Shown piece by piece: positions 8,044-19,377 of a stretch of 64,000 bases of DNA; position 1 is the stretch's first letter; each line of letters opens with the position of its first letter. The stretch lies in NCBI GenBank assembly GCA_052143575.1, contig JBKQSP010000125.1:3281-67280 (forward strand), given 5' to 3'. Under the pieces are notes generated by a model. The model was given only the letters and a program-made list of their open reading frames with translations. It ran no database searches and was not told where the DNA came from. Source of the DNA: Acidimicrobiales bacterium. Lineage in GTDB: Bacteria > Actinomycetota > Acidimicrobiia > Acidimicrobiales > Bog-793. The position numbers were made by a program, and so were the translations under genes.

Positions 8044-8718
8044 ATGGCCAAAGTGCTGTTGGTGGACGATGACCGGGCGCTGTTGAAGGCGCTTCGAATA
8101 GGGCTGACAAGTCGTGGCCACGAAGTGAGCACGGCCGCCACTGGCGAGGAGGGGCTGTCCAAGGTTGCTCTTGACGAGCCCGAGACCGTGCTCCTCGACC
8201 TCGGCCTGCCTGACCTCGATGGTCTTGAGGTCTGTCGTCGCATCCGTCAATGGAGTGGGGTGCCGATCATCGTGCTGTCGGCAACCGACCTGGAGAGCCG
8301 CAAAGTGGCGGCCCTTGATGGCGGTGCGAATGACTACATGACCAAGCCATTCGGCATGTCGGAGTTGGAGGCGCGGATTCGGACAGCTATCCGCGACTGT
8401 CGCGGCGACGTCCCTCACCAGAACGATCGGCTCGCCGTCGGCGAGATCGAGCTTGATCTCGTTCACCACCAAGCCACGTGCAGTGGCGAGCGGATCGAGC
8501 TCACCGCCAGGGAGTTCGATCTCCTCGCCTATCTGGCCCGAAACGCCGGCAACTTGTGCACGCACCAGATGATCCTGGGAAGCGTGTGGGGCTGGGAGTT
8601 CGAGGGTGAGGCGCAGTACTTGCGCGTGTATGTCTACCGGCTGCGGCGCAAGCTTGGTCGTGCGGGCCGACTGCTGCACACCTCGCCCGGGATCGGGTAC
8701 TTCCTCTCCGCGGCCTGA
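8044..8718 (+). CDS. kdpE: OmpR-family response regulator KdpE
   Basis: MAKVLLVDDDRALLKAL...LLDLGLPDLDG...MTKPF receiver domain plus a winged-helix C-terminus (YLRVYVYRLRRKL). Sits directly upstream of kdpFABC. Confidence 0.9.
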   Translation: MAKVLLVDDDRALLKALRIGLTSRGHEVSTAATGEEGLSKVALDEPETVLLDLGLPDLDGLEVCRRIRQWSGVPIIVLSATDLESRKVAALDGGANDYMTKPFGMSELEARIRTAIRDCRGDVPHQNDRLAVGEIELDLVHHQATCSGERIELTAREFDLLAYLARNAGNLCTHQMILGSVWGWEFEGEAQYLRVYVYRLRRKLGRAGRLLHTSPGIGYFLSAA

Positions 8719-8955
8719 TCCTCTCGGCTGCGTATCCGCGAAGCCCGAAAGGTCGACGACGCGCCGCGTGGCGCGACCACGAAGCGTCCTCGCGCGAAGG
8801 TCTCGAATCTCTGGGCCGCCTGGTCGGTCGGGGATTAATCTGCCGTCCGTCCGGACGAATGGCCGCGCCGAGCCAAGCACTGGAGAGCCTTCGAGCCTGG
8901 GCGCTGGCGGCGACGGCGCGCTTGACGGTGCGCGTCGAGGCCAGGAACCTCCGAG

Positions 8956-8999
8956 ATGAAATTCACGAATTATTTATAGGAATCCCTCGGCCGTTTACA
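8956..8999 (+). promoter_or_regulatory. AT-rich patch plus TTTACA hexamer upstream of the kdp structural genes (candidate KdpE site and promoter)
   Basis: atgaaattcacgaattatttataggaat is a sharp AT-rich island in GC-rich DNA. TTTACA sits at 8994-8999, 33 nt before the first kdp-associated ATG. Confidence 0.35.
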
Positions 9000-9031
9000 T
9001 CTCGTTCACGCCTGCACCGCATGATGACGCC

Positions 9032-9115
9032 ATGGCTGATTTCCTTGCAGTTTTGGGCATGGTCGCCTTCGCGCTCGTCATGCTCGGGTTGATCTGGGGG
9101 CTGGATCGCGTATGA
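9032..9115 (+). CDS. 27-aa hydrophobic micro-protein preceding kdpF
   Basis: MADFLAVLGMVAFALVMLGLIWGLDRV is a single predicted TM helix. Its stop overlaps the kdpF start as ATGA at 9112-9115. Confidence 0.5.
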   Translation: MADFLAVLGMVAFALVMLGLIWGLDRV

Positions 9116-9201
9116 CCGGCACCCAGGGCGTCCTCCTTGCTCTCTCCATCATCGTGTTCATCTACCTCGGCGTCGCCATGTTCAGGCCGGAGTGGTTCTA
9201 G
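9112..9201 (+). CDS. kdpF: K+-transporting ATPase subunit F
   Basis: MTGTQGVLLALSIIVFIYLGVAMFRPEWF is 29 aa with the typical KdpF C-terminal (L/M)xRPExF. The kdpA ATG follows immediately after its TAG. Confidence 0.8.
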   Translation: MTGTQGVLLALSIIVFIYLGVAMFRPEWF

Positions 9202-10889
9202 ATGGGCTTTACCTGGACCATCGTCATCCTCGTCGTCGCCTTGGGCCTCACCTGGCGATTCCTCGGCTCCTATATGGCCGCCGTCTTCGACGGCCGCGTG
9301 CACTTCCTCGCGTGGGCCGAGCGGCCGTTCTACCGGCTACTCGGAACGGGGCCCGAGCAGGAGCAGAGCTGGAAGCGCTACGCCGGACGCTCGTGATTTT
9401 CTCGGCCGCGTTCGTCGTCGTGGGCTATCTGTTGCTGAGGATCCAAGGGTCGCTGCCGCTTAACCCGCAGCACATCGGTGCCCTACCACCGGCGCTCAGC
9501 TTCAACACGGTCGTGTCGTTCATGACCAACACGAACTGGCAGAACTACGGCGGCGAGGAGGCGATGTCGTACTTCTCCCAGATCGGCGTGCTCACGGTGC
9601 AGCAGTTCGTGAGCGCCGCCGTCGGGATCGCCGTGGCGATCGCCATGGTGCGGGGCTTCTCCCGGCGCAATTCCCCCACGATCGGCAACTTCTGGGTCGA
9701 CATCACCCGTTGCATGCTCTACATCCTCCTTCCGATCGTGTTCATCACCGGCATCGTGATCGTCGGCCAGGGCGCTGTGCAGACCCTGGCTGGGCCGGTC
9801 AGCATCCATGACTCGCTGAACGGCGTCACTCAGGTCATCCCCCGTGGCCCCGCTGGGTTCATGGGCACGATCATGCAGATCGGGACGAACGGCGGTGGGT
9901 TCTTCGATGTCGACCTCGCCCATCCCTTTGAGAACCCGACGGGCCTCACGAACCTGATCTACATCTGGCTCACCCTCTCCATCCCGTTCTCGCTCACCTA
10001 CACCTTCGGCAAGATGGTGAAGAGCATCCGCCACGGCGTCGCCCTCCTCGCCGTAATGGTGATCATCTTCGGCTCCTGGGCCGCCTTCACGAGCTACGCC
10101 GAACACCAGAACAACCCTGCGATCCTCGCTGCCGGTGTCCACTCCACGGTCGGCAACACCGAGGGCAAGGAGGTGCGCTTCGGCGACACGACCAGTGCCC
10201 TCTTCAACGTCTCGATGACTCAGACCTCCGATGGCGCCGTCGACGCCGCCACCGACTCGTTCAACCCGATGGGTGGCTTCGGGCCGCTCAGCGGCATGAT
10301 GCTCGGCGAGGTGACCCCTGGAGGGGTGGGAAGCGGGATGTACACGCTCCTCATCTACGCCCTCATCGCCGTGTTCCTCGGCGGCCTCATGGTCGGCCGA
10401 ACGCCGGAGTTCCTCGGTAAGAGGATCCAGGCGAAGGAGGTGAAGCTCGCAGGCTTGGCGGCACTCGTCATGCCCATCATCGTGCTGGTGCTCACGGATA
10501 TCGCTGTCTCGATCCATGCCGGGCGAGTTGGGCCACTCAACTCCGGGCCGCACGGGTTCACGGAGATCCTTTACGGCCTCACTTCGCAGGCCAACAACAA
10601 CGGATCGGCCATGGCCGGCCTCACGGGCAACACCACCTTCTACAACGTCGTCGGGGCCATCGACATGCTGATCGGCCGGTTCGGCATCATCATCCCGGCC
10701 CTCGCGCTTGGCGGGACGCTGGCGGCGAAGAACGCCGTCCCGACATCGCTCGGCACCTTCCGTACCGACAACGCCATGTTCATCGGGCTCGTCATCGGCG
10801 TGATCCTGATCATCGGCGGCCTCACCTTCTTTCCTGCAGTGTCGCTCGGCCCGATCGTCGAGCAACTGAGCCACGGGAAGTTCTTCTGA
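9202..10889 (+). pseudogene. kdpA: kdpA (K+-transporting ATPase subunit A) interrupted by a frameshift near 9385
   Basis: The N-terminus MGFTWTIVILVVALGLTWRFLGSYMAAVFDG...EQSWKRYA is in frame 1 and stops at 9394-9396. The remainder, (R)TLVIFSAAF...LPLNPQ...NTNWQNYGGE...GTNGGGFF to the stop at 10889, is in frame 0. Spacing against the E. coli KdpA pattern WKQY-30 aa-PLNPQ implies one missing nucleotide in gcc-gg-acg. Confidence 0.85.
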
Positions 10890-12985
10890 TGACCTCTCCA
10901 GAGACAGGACAGATGCAAGCAAACGGGACAACGAACGGGCCGGCGGGGACTACCCCGACGATGGCCCGTGGTGTAGCGCAGGCGCGGGGCCTCTTCGACC
11001 GCCAGATCCTCCGCCAGGCCGGCATCGACGCGCTGAAGAAGTTCGATCCGAGGACCCAGGTCAAGAACCCGGTGATGTTCGTCGTGCTGATCGGGGCGGT
11101 CGTCGTGCTCATCGAGGCGATCGGCCGGCCGAACACCTTCACTGTGAGCATCACGGTCTGGCTCTTCCTCACGGTGGCGTTCGCCAACTTCGCCGAGGCC
11201 ATGGCAGAAGGACGTGGCAAGGCCCAGGCGGACACCCTCAGGAAGATGCGATCCGAGACCCAGGCCCGCCTCCTTCTTCCCGATGGCAGCGAAGAGCGGG
11301 TGACTGCGTCGTCGTTGTCTCTGGGCAACCTTGTCGTCTGCGAGGCCAACGACCTCATCCCCTCCGACGGCGAGATCGTCGAGGGGATCGCCTCAGTCGA
11401 CGAATCGGCCATCACGGGGGAGTCGGCACCGGTCATCAGGGAGTCGGGGGGCGACCGTTCGGCCGTCACCGGGGGAACGAAAGTCCTCTCCGACCGGATC
11501 GTCGTTCGCATCACCGCCGAGCCCGGCCACACCTTCCTCGACCGCATGATCACCCTCGTCGAGGGTGCGAACCGCCAGAGGACGCCCAACGAGATCGCCC
11601 TCACGATCCTCCTTGCCGTGCTGACCATCGTGTTCCTCCCTGTGGTCGTCACGCTTCAGGGCTTCGGCCACTATGCGGGAGCGACAGTGTCGGTCGTGAT
11701 CTTGGTGTCGCTCCTCGTGTGCCTCATCCCGACCACGATCGGCGCCCTCCTCTCGGCCATCGGCATCGCCGGCATGGACCGCCTCGTGCAGCGCAACGTG
11801 CTCGCCATGAGCGGCCGGGCGGTGGAGGCGGCCGGCGACGTGCAGACCCTGCTGCTCGACAAGACGGGGACGATCACGCTGGGCAACAGGATGGCGTCAG
11901 GTTTCTTTCCCGTGGCCGGCCACACCGAGGAGGAGGTTGCCGAGGCTGCCCAGCTCGCCTCACTGGCCGATGAGACACCTGAGGGCCGGTCGATCGTGGT
12001 CCTGGCGAAGGAGCGTTTCTCCATACGAGAGCGCGCCCTGGGTGACACCCACGCTTTTATCCCGTTCTCTGCGACGACGCGGATGTCAGGGATCGATGTG
12101 GATCATCGGCAGGTTCGCAAAGGCGCCGCCGACGCCGTCAAGACCTGGGCGACCGAGCAGGGAGGGACAGTCCCTTCCGACCTCGATCCCATCGTGGAGC
12201 GCATCTCACGAAGCGGGTCGACGCCCCTTGTGGTGGCCGATGGCGCGCATCTCCTCGGGGTCATCGAGTTGAAAGACGTCGTGAAGGAAGGCATCCGGGA
12301 CAAGTTCGCCGAGATGAGGCAGATGGGCATTCGCACCGTGATGATCACGGGTGACAACCCGCTCACGGCCGCCGCCATCGCACAGGAGGCGGGTGTGGAC
12401 GACTTTCTCGCCGAGGCGACGCCCGAGGCCAAGCTGGCCCTCATCAGGGCTGAGCAGGAGGGCGGGAAGCTCGTCGCCATGACCGGTGATGGGACGAACG
12501 ACGCCCCCGCTCTCGCCCAGGCGGACGTGGGCGTAGCCATGAACAGCGGCACGACGGCTGCCAAGGAGGCCGGCAACATGGTCGACCTCGACTCGAACCC
12601 CACCAAGCTCATCGACATCGTCGAGATCGGGAAGCAGTTGCTCATCACCCGGGGTTCGCTCACCACGTTCTCCATCGCCAACGACGTCGCCAAGTACTTC
12701 GCAATCATCCCCGCCCTCTTCGTCGCCACCTACCCGCAGCTCGGCGCGCTCAACATCATGAAGCTGCACAGCCCCCAGAGCGCCGTTCTCTCGGCGGTGA
12801 TCTTCAATGCCCTCGTGATCGTGGCCCTCATCCCTCTCGCCCTGAGAGGCGTGAAGTTCCGGGCGACTACCTCGGCGGTCATCCTGCGCCGCAACGTCTG
12901 GATCTACGGGGTGGGAGGGATCATCGTCCCTTTCATTTTCATCAAGCTCATCGACCTCATCCTCGTCGCCCTCCACGCCTACTGA
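10889..12985 (+). CDS. kdpB: K+-transporting P-type ATPase subunit B
   Basis: [10 protein letters not shown] phosphorylation motif, [28 protein letters not shown]. Its start overlaps the kdpA stop by 1 nt. Confidence 0.95.
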   Translation: MTSPETGQMQANGTTNGPAGTTPTMARGVAQARGLFDRQILRQAGIDALKKFDPRTQVKNPVMFVVLIGAVVVLIEAIGRPNTFTVSITVWLFLTVAFANFAEAMAEGRGKAQADTLRKMRSETQARLLLPDGSEERVTASSLSLGNLVVCEANDLIPSDGEIVEGIASVDESAITGESAPVIRESGGDRSAVTGGTKVLSDRIVVRITAEPGHTFLDRMITLVEGANRQRTPNEIALTILLAVLTIVFLPVVVTLQGFGHYAGATVSVVILVSLLVCLIPTTIGALLSAIGIAGMDRLVQRNVLAMSGRAVEAAGDVQTLLLDKTGTITLGNRMASGFFPVAGHTEEEVAEAAQLASLADETPEGRSIVVLAKERFSIRERALGDTHAFIPFSATTRMSGIDVDHRQVRKGAADAVKTWATEQGGTVPSDLDPIVERISRSGSTPLVVADGAHLLGVIELKDVVKEGIRDKFAEMRQMGIRTVMITGDNPLTAAAIAQEAGVDDFLAEATPEAKLALIRAEQEGGKLVAMTGDGTNDAPALAQADVGVAMNSGTTAAKEAGNMVDLDSNPTKLIDIVEIGKQLLITRGSLTTFSIANDVAKYFAIIPALFVATYPQLGALNIMKLHSPQSAVLSAVIFNALVIVALIPLALRGVKFRATTSAVILRRNVWIYGVGGIIVPFIFIKLIDLILVALHAY

Positions 12986-12999
12986 TCGCGAGCTCTCAC

Positions 13000-13647
13000 A
13001 TGATCGTCCATCTCCGCCGCACAATCGTCTCCATCGTGGTCATCACGATCTTCTTCGGGTTCGTCTACGCCTTCGCCGGCACAGGAGTTGCCCAGCTGTT
13101 GTTCCGCCACCAGGCGGACGGGTCGATCACAGCCAATGGGTCGACGCTCATCGGACAGAACTGGGCCGACACCAAATGCCCTGGGCACCCACTGGGCAGC
13201 TGCGTGTTCCAGGGTCGTCCAGACGACCTCGGCCCCTACGCCGCCCAGCCCACAGCGAAGGTGCCGGTGTCGGGCGGGGACAACCCCCTCGAGGCCTGCA
13301 GCTATTCGGCCAATTCCTGCGTTGGCGGCGAGTCCGCCGCCACCAACCTTGGTCCCCGTTCCAAGACGCTCCTCGCCAACACAGAGGCTCTGGTTGCGTA
13401 CTGGCATGCCCGCGGCGTGAACCCCACGCCTGATCTCGTGACCACTTCGGGCAGCGGCATAGACCCCGACATCAGCCCTCAGGACGCCCTCGCCCAGATC
13501 CCGATGGTCTCAAAGGCCACCGGCATCTCCCCGTCGGCTCTGCAGGCGCTCATCGCCCGAGAGACCAACGGAGCCGAGCTGGGATTCGCGGGCAGTCCCT
13601 ACATCGACGTCCTGCAGCTCAACGAGGCGCTGGCTGCGCTCCGGTGA
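13000..13647 (+). CDS. kdpC: K+-transporting ATPase subunit C
   Basis: N-terminal TM segment IVSIVVITIFFGFVYAFAGTG, LIGQNW, TNLGPRSK, VTTSGSGIDPDISPQDA. Position after kdpB. Confidence 0.9.
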   Translation: MIVHLRRTIVSIVVITIFFGFVYAFAGTGVAQLLFRHQADGSITANGSTLIGQNWADTKCPGHPLGSCVFQGRPDDLGPYAAQPTAKVPVSGGDNPLEACSYSANSCVGGESAATNLGPRSKTLLANTEALVAYWHARGVNPTPDLVTTSGSGIDPDISPQDALAQIPMVSKATGISPSALQALIARETNGAELGFAGSPYIDVLQLNEALAALR

Positions 13648-13826
13648 GCTCGTTCGAGTTCACGGCTGCCGTCTCATCGAGGAGGCAAGCTCGTCGCGGC
13701 CAGATCACGGGCGCCGATGCGCGTGGGCGGGTCGTTGCCACTGGCACGATCTGAACCACCGGGACCGTCACGCTCGGCGCTCCTGAGAAGGAAGAGTTCT
13801 TCAACGGAAAGGGAAAGTGTCAGCCA

Positions 13827-14177
13827 GTGAACGTACGAGACGAGCCGATGGCGCGGCAGCAGTCCGGCGCCGAGAGCCTCGAAGTCTGCGGGATCGTCGC
13901 CCTCACGCTGGGTCTCGGGATGTTCGTGCTGGGAGCGTCGGCCGTCGCCGTGGTTGTATTCGGCCTCATGTCGGCCGGCCTCGTCTCGCTCGGGCGCGCC
14001 CGGGCGCGCGGCTGGAGTCCTGAGCGGCTCGGCGTTACCACGGCCTTTCTCGTCGGAACCGTCCTGTTCGCACTCGCGGTCTGGGCGGCGGCAGGCATCG
14101 TGGGTGCTCTCATCGTGGGGCTTGCTTCGTGGCTCACGTGGCACGTCGGCGTGGGGCGGCGCGTCCGGCGGCTCTAG
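13827..14177 (+). CDS. hypothetical small membrane protein (about 116 aa, 3-4 TM segments)
   Basis: GTG 13827 is preceded by GGAAAGGGAAAG (alternative ATG at 13848). Hydrophobic runs IVALTLGLGMFVLGASAVAVVVFGLMSAGLV and TTAFLVGTVLFALAVWAAAGIVGALIVGLASWL. Confidence 0.55.
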   Translation: MNVRDEPMARQQSGAESLEVCGIVALTLGLGMFVLGASAVAVVVFGLMSAGLVSLGRARARGWSPERLGVTTAFLVGTVLFALAVWAAAGIVGALIVGLASWLTWHVGVGRRVRRL

Positions 14178-14436
14178 CACCAGAATCCGATGAAGCGGGG
14201 CACGCGGCCCCCAAACCGGAACCGCAATGGCAGTCGTCACCGACGTCGAGGGCACCTCGCACAACGTGGATGCCGTCGGTCGCTTCCGGATCTACCCTGT
14301 GCGGCCGGCGGGGTCGGAAGACCGTCGCGATGCTCGACGAGGTTCGCCGGCTCCGACGGCATGGCACGGACGACCCGTTCGGGCAACCCTGCCTGCAACT
14401 GACTCGGGACAACGGCAAGTGGACGCTCGCCGGAAG

Positions 14437-15678
14437 CTAAGCCGGGGTGAGCAGCTTCTCCCTGATCTCATCCGCAAAGCAGGACTCCGGTGCCAGCTCC
14501 GGCCCACATGTCATGGCGGCCACAAGCATGAAGAGGTCTGGGTCTAGCGTCATCATGTCCGAGCGACGGCGCCGTTCGGACACTCCGTCAGGCCCGAGCG
14601 GGATGTGGGCGTCGGTGAAGACCTGCACGGCGAAGCGCAGCCGCCGCATCCGCTCTGCCCGCTCCTCCACATACGGAGTGAAGGCCTCCCTCGACCAGTC
14701 CTCACCACCGAGGAGGGCGTCGCGAATCATGCGGGCGTCGCGCAGGGCGACCGACAAGCCTTCTCCAATGGTGGGGTCGCTGAAGCCGGCGGCGTCACCG
14801 CCGAACACGACGCCGTCGGCGACGACGGCATCGGACCAGGAATCGAACATGGGATAGGCAGCGCACGGCCCAGCTGGGTTGGCATCGACGAAACGCCCGC
14901 AGTCGGGGATCGCGTCTCCTCGGAAGGCCTCGAGCAGAGTCTTCGCCTTGTCGGCGCCTGCCAAGCGGGCCTTCTCCTCGATGGAGTACCCGATGTAGAG
15001 CCGCGCCTTGTCCTCGCCTTGGGGGAATACGTACAGGATCGCGTTGCCTGAGGTGCCGATGACCGAGTCGGTGCTCGGCCAGTCGCGGACGCCGTCCACG
15101 AGCATGCCCGCGAGGAAGATGCGCGGGTCCGTCTTCTTGATCTCGATGCCGAGCCGGCGGCGTGTGGGGGATTCGCGTCCATCGGCGGCGACGACGAGGC
15201 GAGGGCGAACCTCGTGCTCGCTGCCGCCGTGCAGGTAGCGGACCTCCGGACTCTCTCCAGGTGTCACCGTGACCTGCTCGACGCCGCGAAGAGCATGGGC
15301 GCCCGCCCGCACGGCGGCGTCGAAGAGGGCCTGGCAGGCCACGGGGTGTCCGATATCGAGGGCACCCGGGACACCGGGCACCAGGTCTGCGAGAGGCAAG
15401 GCGCCTGTCTCCGCCTCCGCCCGGGAGTAGGCCTCGTCGTAGCCGACGAAACGCGAGATGACGTTCCCCCCGGCCTCGATGAGGTCGTCGTGCAGGCCGA
15501 GCTGCATGGCCTCAGCGACCCCCCAGGGGTGCATGTACTCGCCCCGCACGTGGTCGACGAACTGCTCCGTCCGCTCGAGGACGAGGACCGGGACCCCGGC
15601 GGTCGCCAGCGCGGCAGCGAGCGCGCTACCGGCGATGCCGGATCCGATGATCGTGACTGCCGGCTGATCCGTCGTCAT
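14437..15678 (-). CDS. FAD-dependent monooxygenase/oxidoreductase
   Basis: N-terminal dinucleotide fold VTIIGSGIAGSALAAALATAGVPVLVLE, AADGRESPTRR, GGDAAGFSDPTIGEGL. Confidence 0.85.
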   Translation of the reverse strand: MTTDQPAVTIIGSGIAGSALAAALATAGVPVLVLERTEQFVDHVRGEYMHPWGVAEAMQLGLHDDLIEAGGNVISRFVGYDEAYSRAEAETGALPLADLVPGVPGALDIGHPVACQALFDAAVRAGAHALRGVEQVTVTPGESPEVRYLHGGSEHEVRPRLVVAADGRESPTRRRLGIEIKKTDPRIFLAGMLVDGVRDWPSTDSVIGTSGNAILYVFPQGEDKARLYIGYSIEEKARLAGADKAKTLLEAFRGDAIPDCGRFVDANPAGPCAAYPMFDSWSDAVVADGVVFGGDAAGFSDPTIGEGLSVALRDARMIRDALLGGEDWSREAFTPYVEERAERMRRLRFAVQVFTDAHIPLGPDGVSERRRRSDMMTLDPDLFMLVAAMTCGPELAPESCFADEIREKLLTPA

Positions 15679-16046
15679 GATGGGTCCAGGGTTGGGAAAG
15701 GCCCGAAGAAGCCGACGATCTGCTCAATCCGCCCGTCCTCTGCCAGGCGCCCGTAGTCCATGCCTTCGAGTACCACAGATCCGTCAGGACCGTGCATGAC
15801 CCATGCGAAGCGCAGGTGGCCGTCGTGCTCGTCGGCAGCCGTCACCAGGTCGATCGTGTGGCCGGGCATGGCGACCTGAAAGGCGCCGATGTGGGCGACA
15901 AGGGCCTCTCTGCCTTCGACGATGGCCGTCGGGTCGCAGTACCTGCCATGGTCGACCCAGGCCGACTCCAGCAATTGGCGCCGGGCGGCCTCGTCAGGCT
16001 CGTTCCAGGCCGAGCCGTAGGCGGTTACAACAGCTCCGACATCCAT
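15675..16046 (-). CDS. SnoaL/NTF2-like small protein
   Basis: MDVGAVVTAYGSAWNEPDEAARRQLLESAWVDHGRYCDP...REALVAHI. Its stop overlaps the monooxygenase start (ATGA at 15675-15678). Confidence 0.7.
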   Translation of the reverse strand: MDVGAVVTAYGSAWNEPDEAARRQLLESAWVDHGRYCDPTAIVEGREALVAHIGAFQVAMPGHTIDLVTAADEHDGHLRFAWVMHGPDGSVVLEGMDYGRLAEDGRIEQIVGFFGPFPTLDPS

Positions 16047-16208
16047 GTTTCCTCCCCCCCCTGGCGGACGTCGCCAGAGTAGTGGCGGCATGGGCGGCGC
16101 ACTCAGGTCGCGGTTTCGCCTGGGCGGTCACGGACGGGGTGCGAGAAGTTGAGGAGCGCGGCGACGGAGTTGTGCCGGCGCCGCCGGGAGCGACCGGCGC
16201 CGGCGGGG

Positions 16209-18596
<2,388 letters not shown>

Positions 18597-18795
18597 CGTG
18601 TCTCCATCTGTTAGGCGGGGCCGCCCTCGCGGTCTCCGTCGGCGTCACTCGGCTCGACGTGGCGCGCGACGAGGGGTAGAGCCAAGACATCCACGGTGAT
18701 TCGGCCCGTGGAGCCTCCCGGCCCCGGCCGGGCGGAGCGCCCAGCCGGGCGGTCACACCAACCGGTCAAGCCCGTCGCCGTGGCGGCAGGTCGGC

Positions 18796-19158
18796 TCACG
18801 GGTCCTGAAGCAACCCGAGGACGTTGCCATCGGGATCCGTGACGGTTGCCACGCGGCGGCCGCCACCCACGTCGCGCACGGGCTCCTTCACGGTGGCACC
18901 GGCAGCGGTCACCTCGGCCAGCTTCGCCTCGATGTCGGGCACGTGCCAGTAGGTCACCGGCGAGGTCATGCCCTGCGGTCCACCGCCCGGCAGCAGCCCG
19001 ATGTGCTGGCCGGCGGTGTCGAAGCCGACGTAGTAGGACCCGTCGGCCTGTGGCGCCAGGCCGAGCAGGGCGGAGTAGACGGCCTTGGCCGTCGCCAGGT
19101 CGGACACGGGGATCAGCACAGTCTTGATTCCCTCGGTGGAAGAGTCGCTCATGGTCAC
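18796..19158 (-). CDS. VOC-family protein (glyoxalase/bleomycin-resistance fold)
   Basis: 120 aa. IKTVLIPVSDLATAKAVYSALLGL...VATVTDPDGNVLGLLQ is typical of the paired beta-alpha-beta-beta-beta fold. Confidence 0.85.
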   Translation of the reverse strand: MTMSDSSTEGIKTVLIPVSDLATAKAVYSALLGLAPQADGSYYVGFDTAGQHIGLLPGGGPQGMTSPVTYWHVPDIEAKLAEVTAAGATVKEPVRDVGGGRRVATVTDPDGNVLGLLQDP

Positions 19159-19305
19159 TCCTGAAGTCGGGGGTCACATCGACCCGGTGTGTCTCGTCGG
19201 GCTTAAAGACGAGCGGGCCGCCCGAAAATCGACAGCCCGATCGCACTGGATTTCCAATCGCCGTTCGCCGTCGGGCTCCTCCGCCACCCACCCCAGTAGG
19301 GAACT

Positions 19306-19331
19306 GACGTCCGACACTAACTGCGGACGTC
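19306..19331 (-). terminator. stem-loop downstream of the methyltransferase gene
   Basis: GACGTCCG-acactaactg-CGGACGTC forms an 8-bp perfect stem, 47 nt past the stop at 19378. Confidence 0.35.
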
Positions 19332-19377
19332 GGCCGTGGTCCTCGCGGAGCCGCCATGGAGCGACCGTTGCACCGCC

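Noticed and set aside
8719-9031. Possible c-di-AMP (ydaO-type) riboswitch in the kdp leader.
   Set aside because: Some fragments (CGGGGA, GAAT, CCGAGCC) resemble conserved ydaO nucleotides, and kdp operons can carry this riboswitch. However, I could not assemble the pseudo-symmetric helices by eye. It needs an Infernal/Rfam scan, so I do not claim it as a feature.
9370-9400. Programmed ribosomal frameshifting as the explanation for the split kdpA.
   Set aside because: There is no slippery X-XXY-YYZ heptamer and no obvious downstream stimulatory structure. No precedent known to me exists for kdpA. A simple indel (mutation or sequencing error) is more parsimonious.
14178-14440. Two protein-like ORF fragments in different frames: MAVVTDVEGTSHNVDAVGRFRIYPVRPAGSEDRR (frame from 14227) and MLDEVRRLRRHGTDDPFGQPCLQLTRDNGKWTLAGS (ending 14440). 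This hints at a third frameshifted small gene.
   Set aside because: There is no recognisable family and no convincing RBS, and both pieces are short. They could be chance ORFs in the gap before the convergent monooxygenase gene. Worth a tblastn check but not reportable as a gene.
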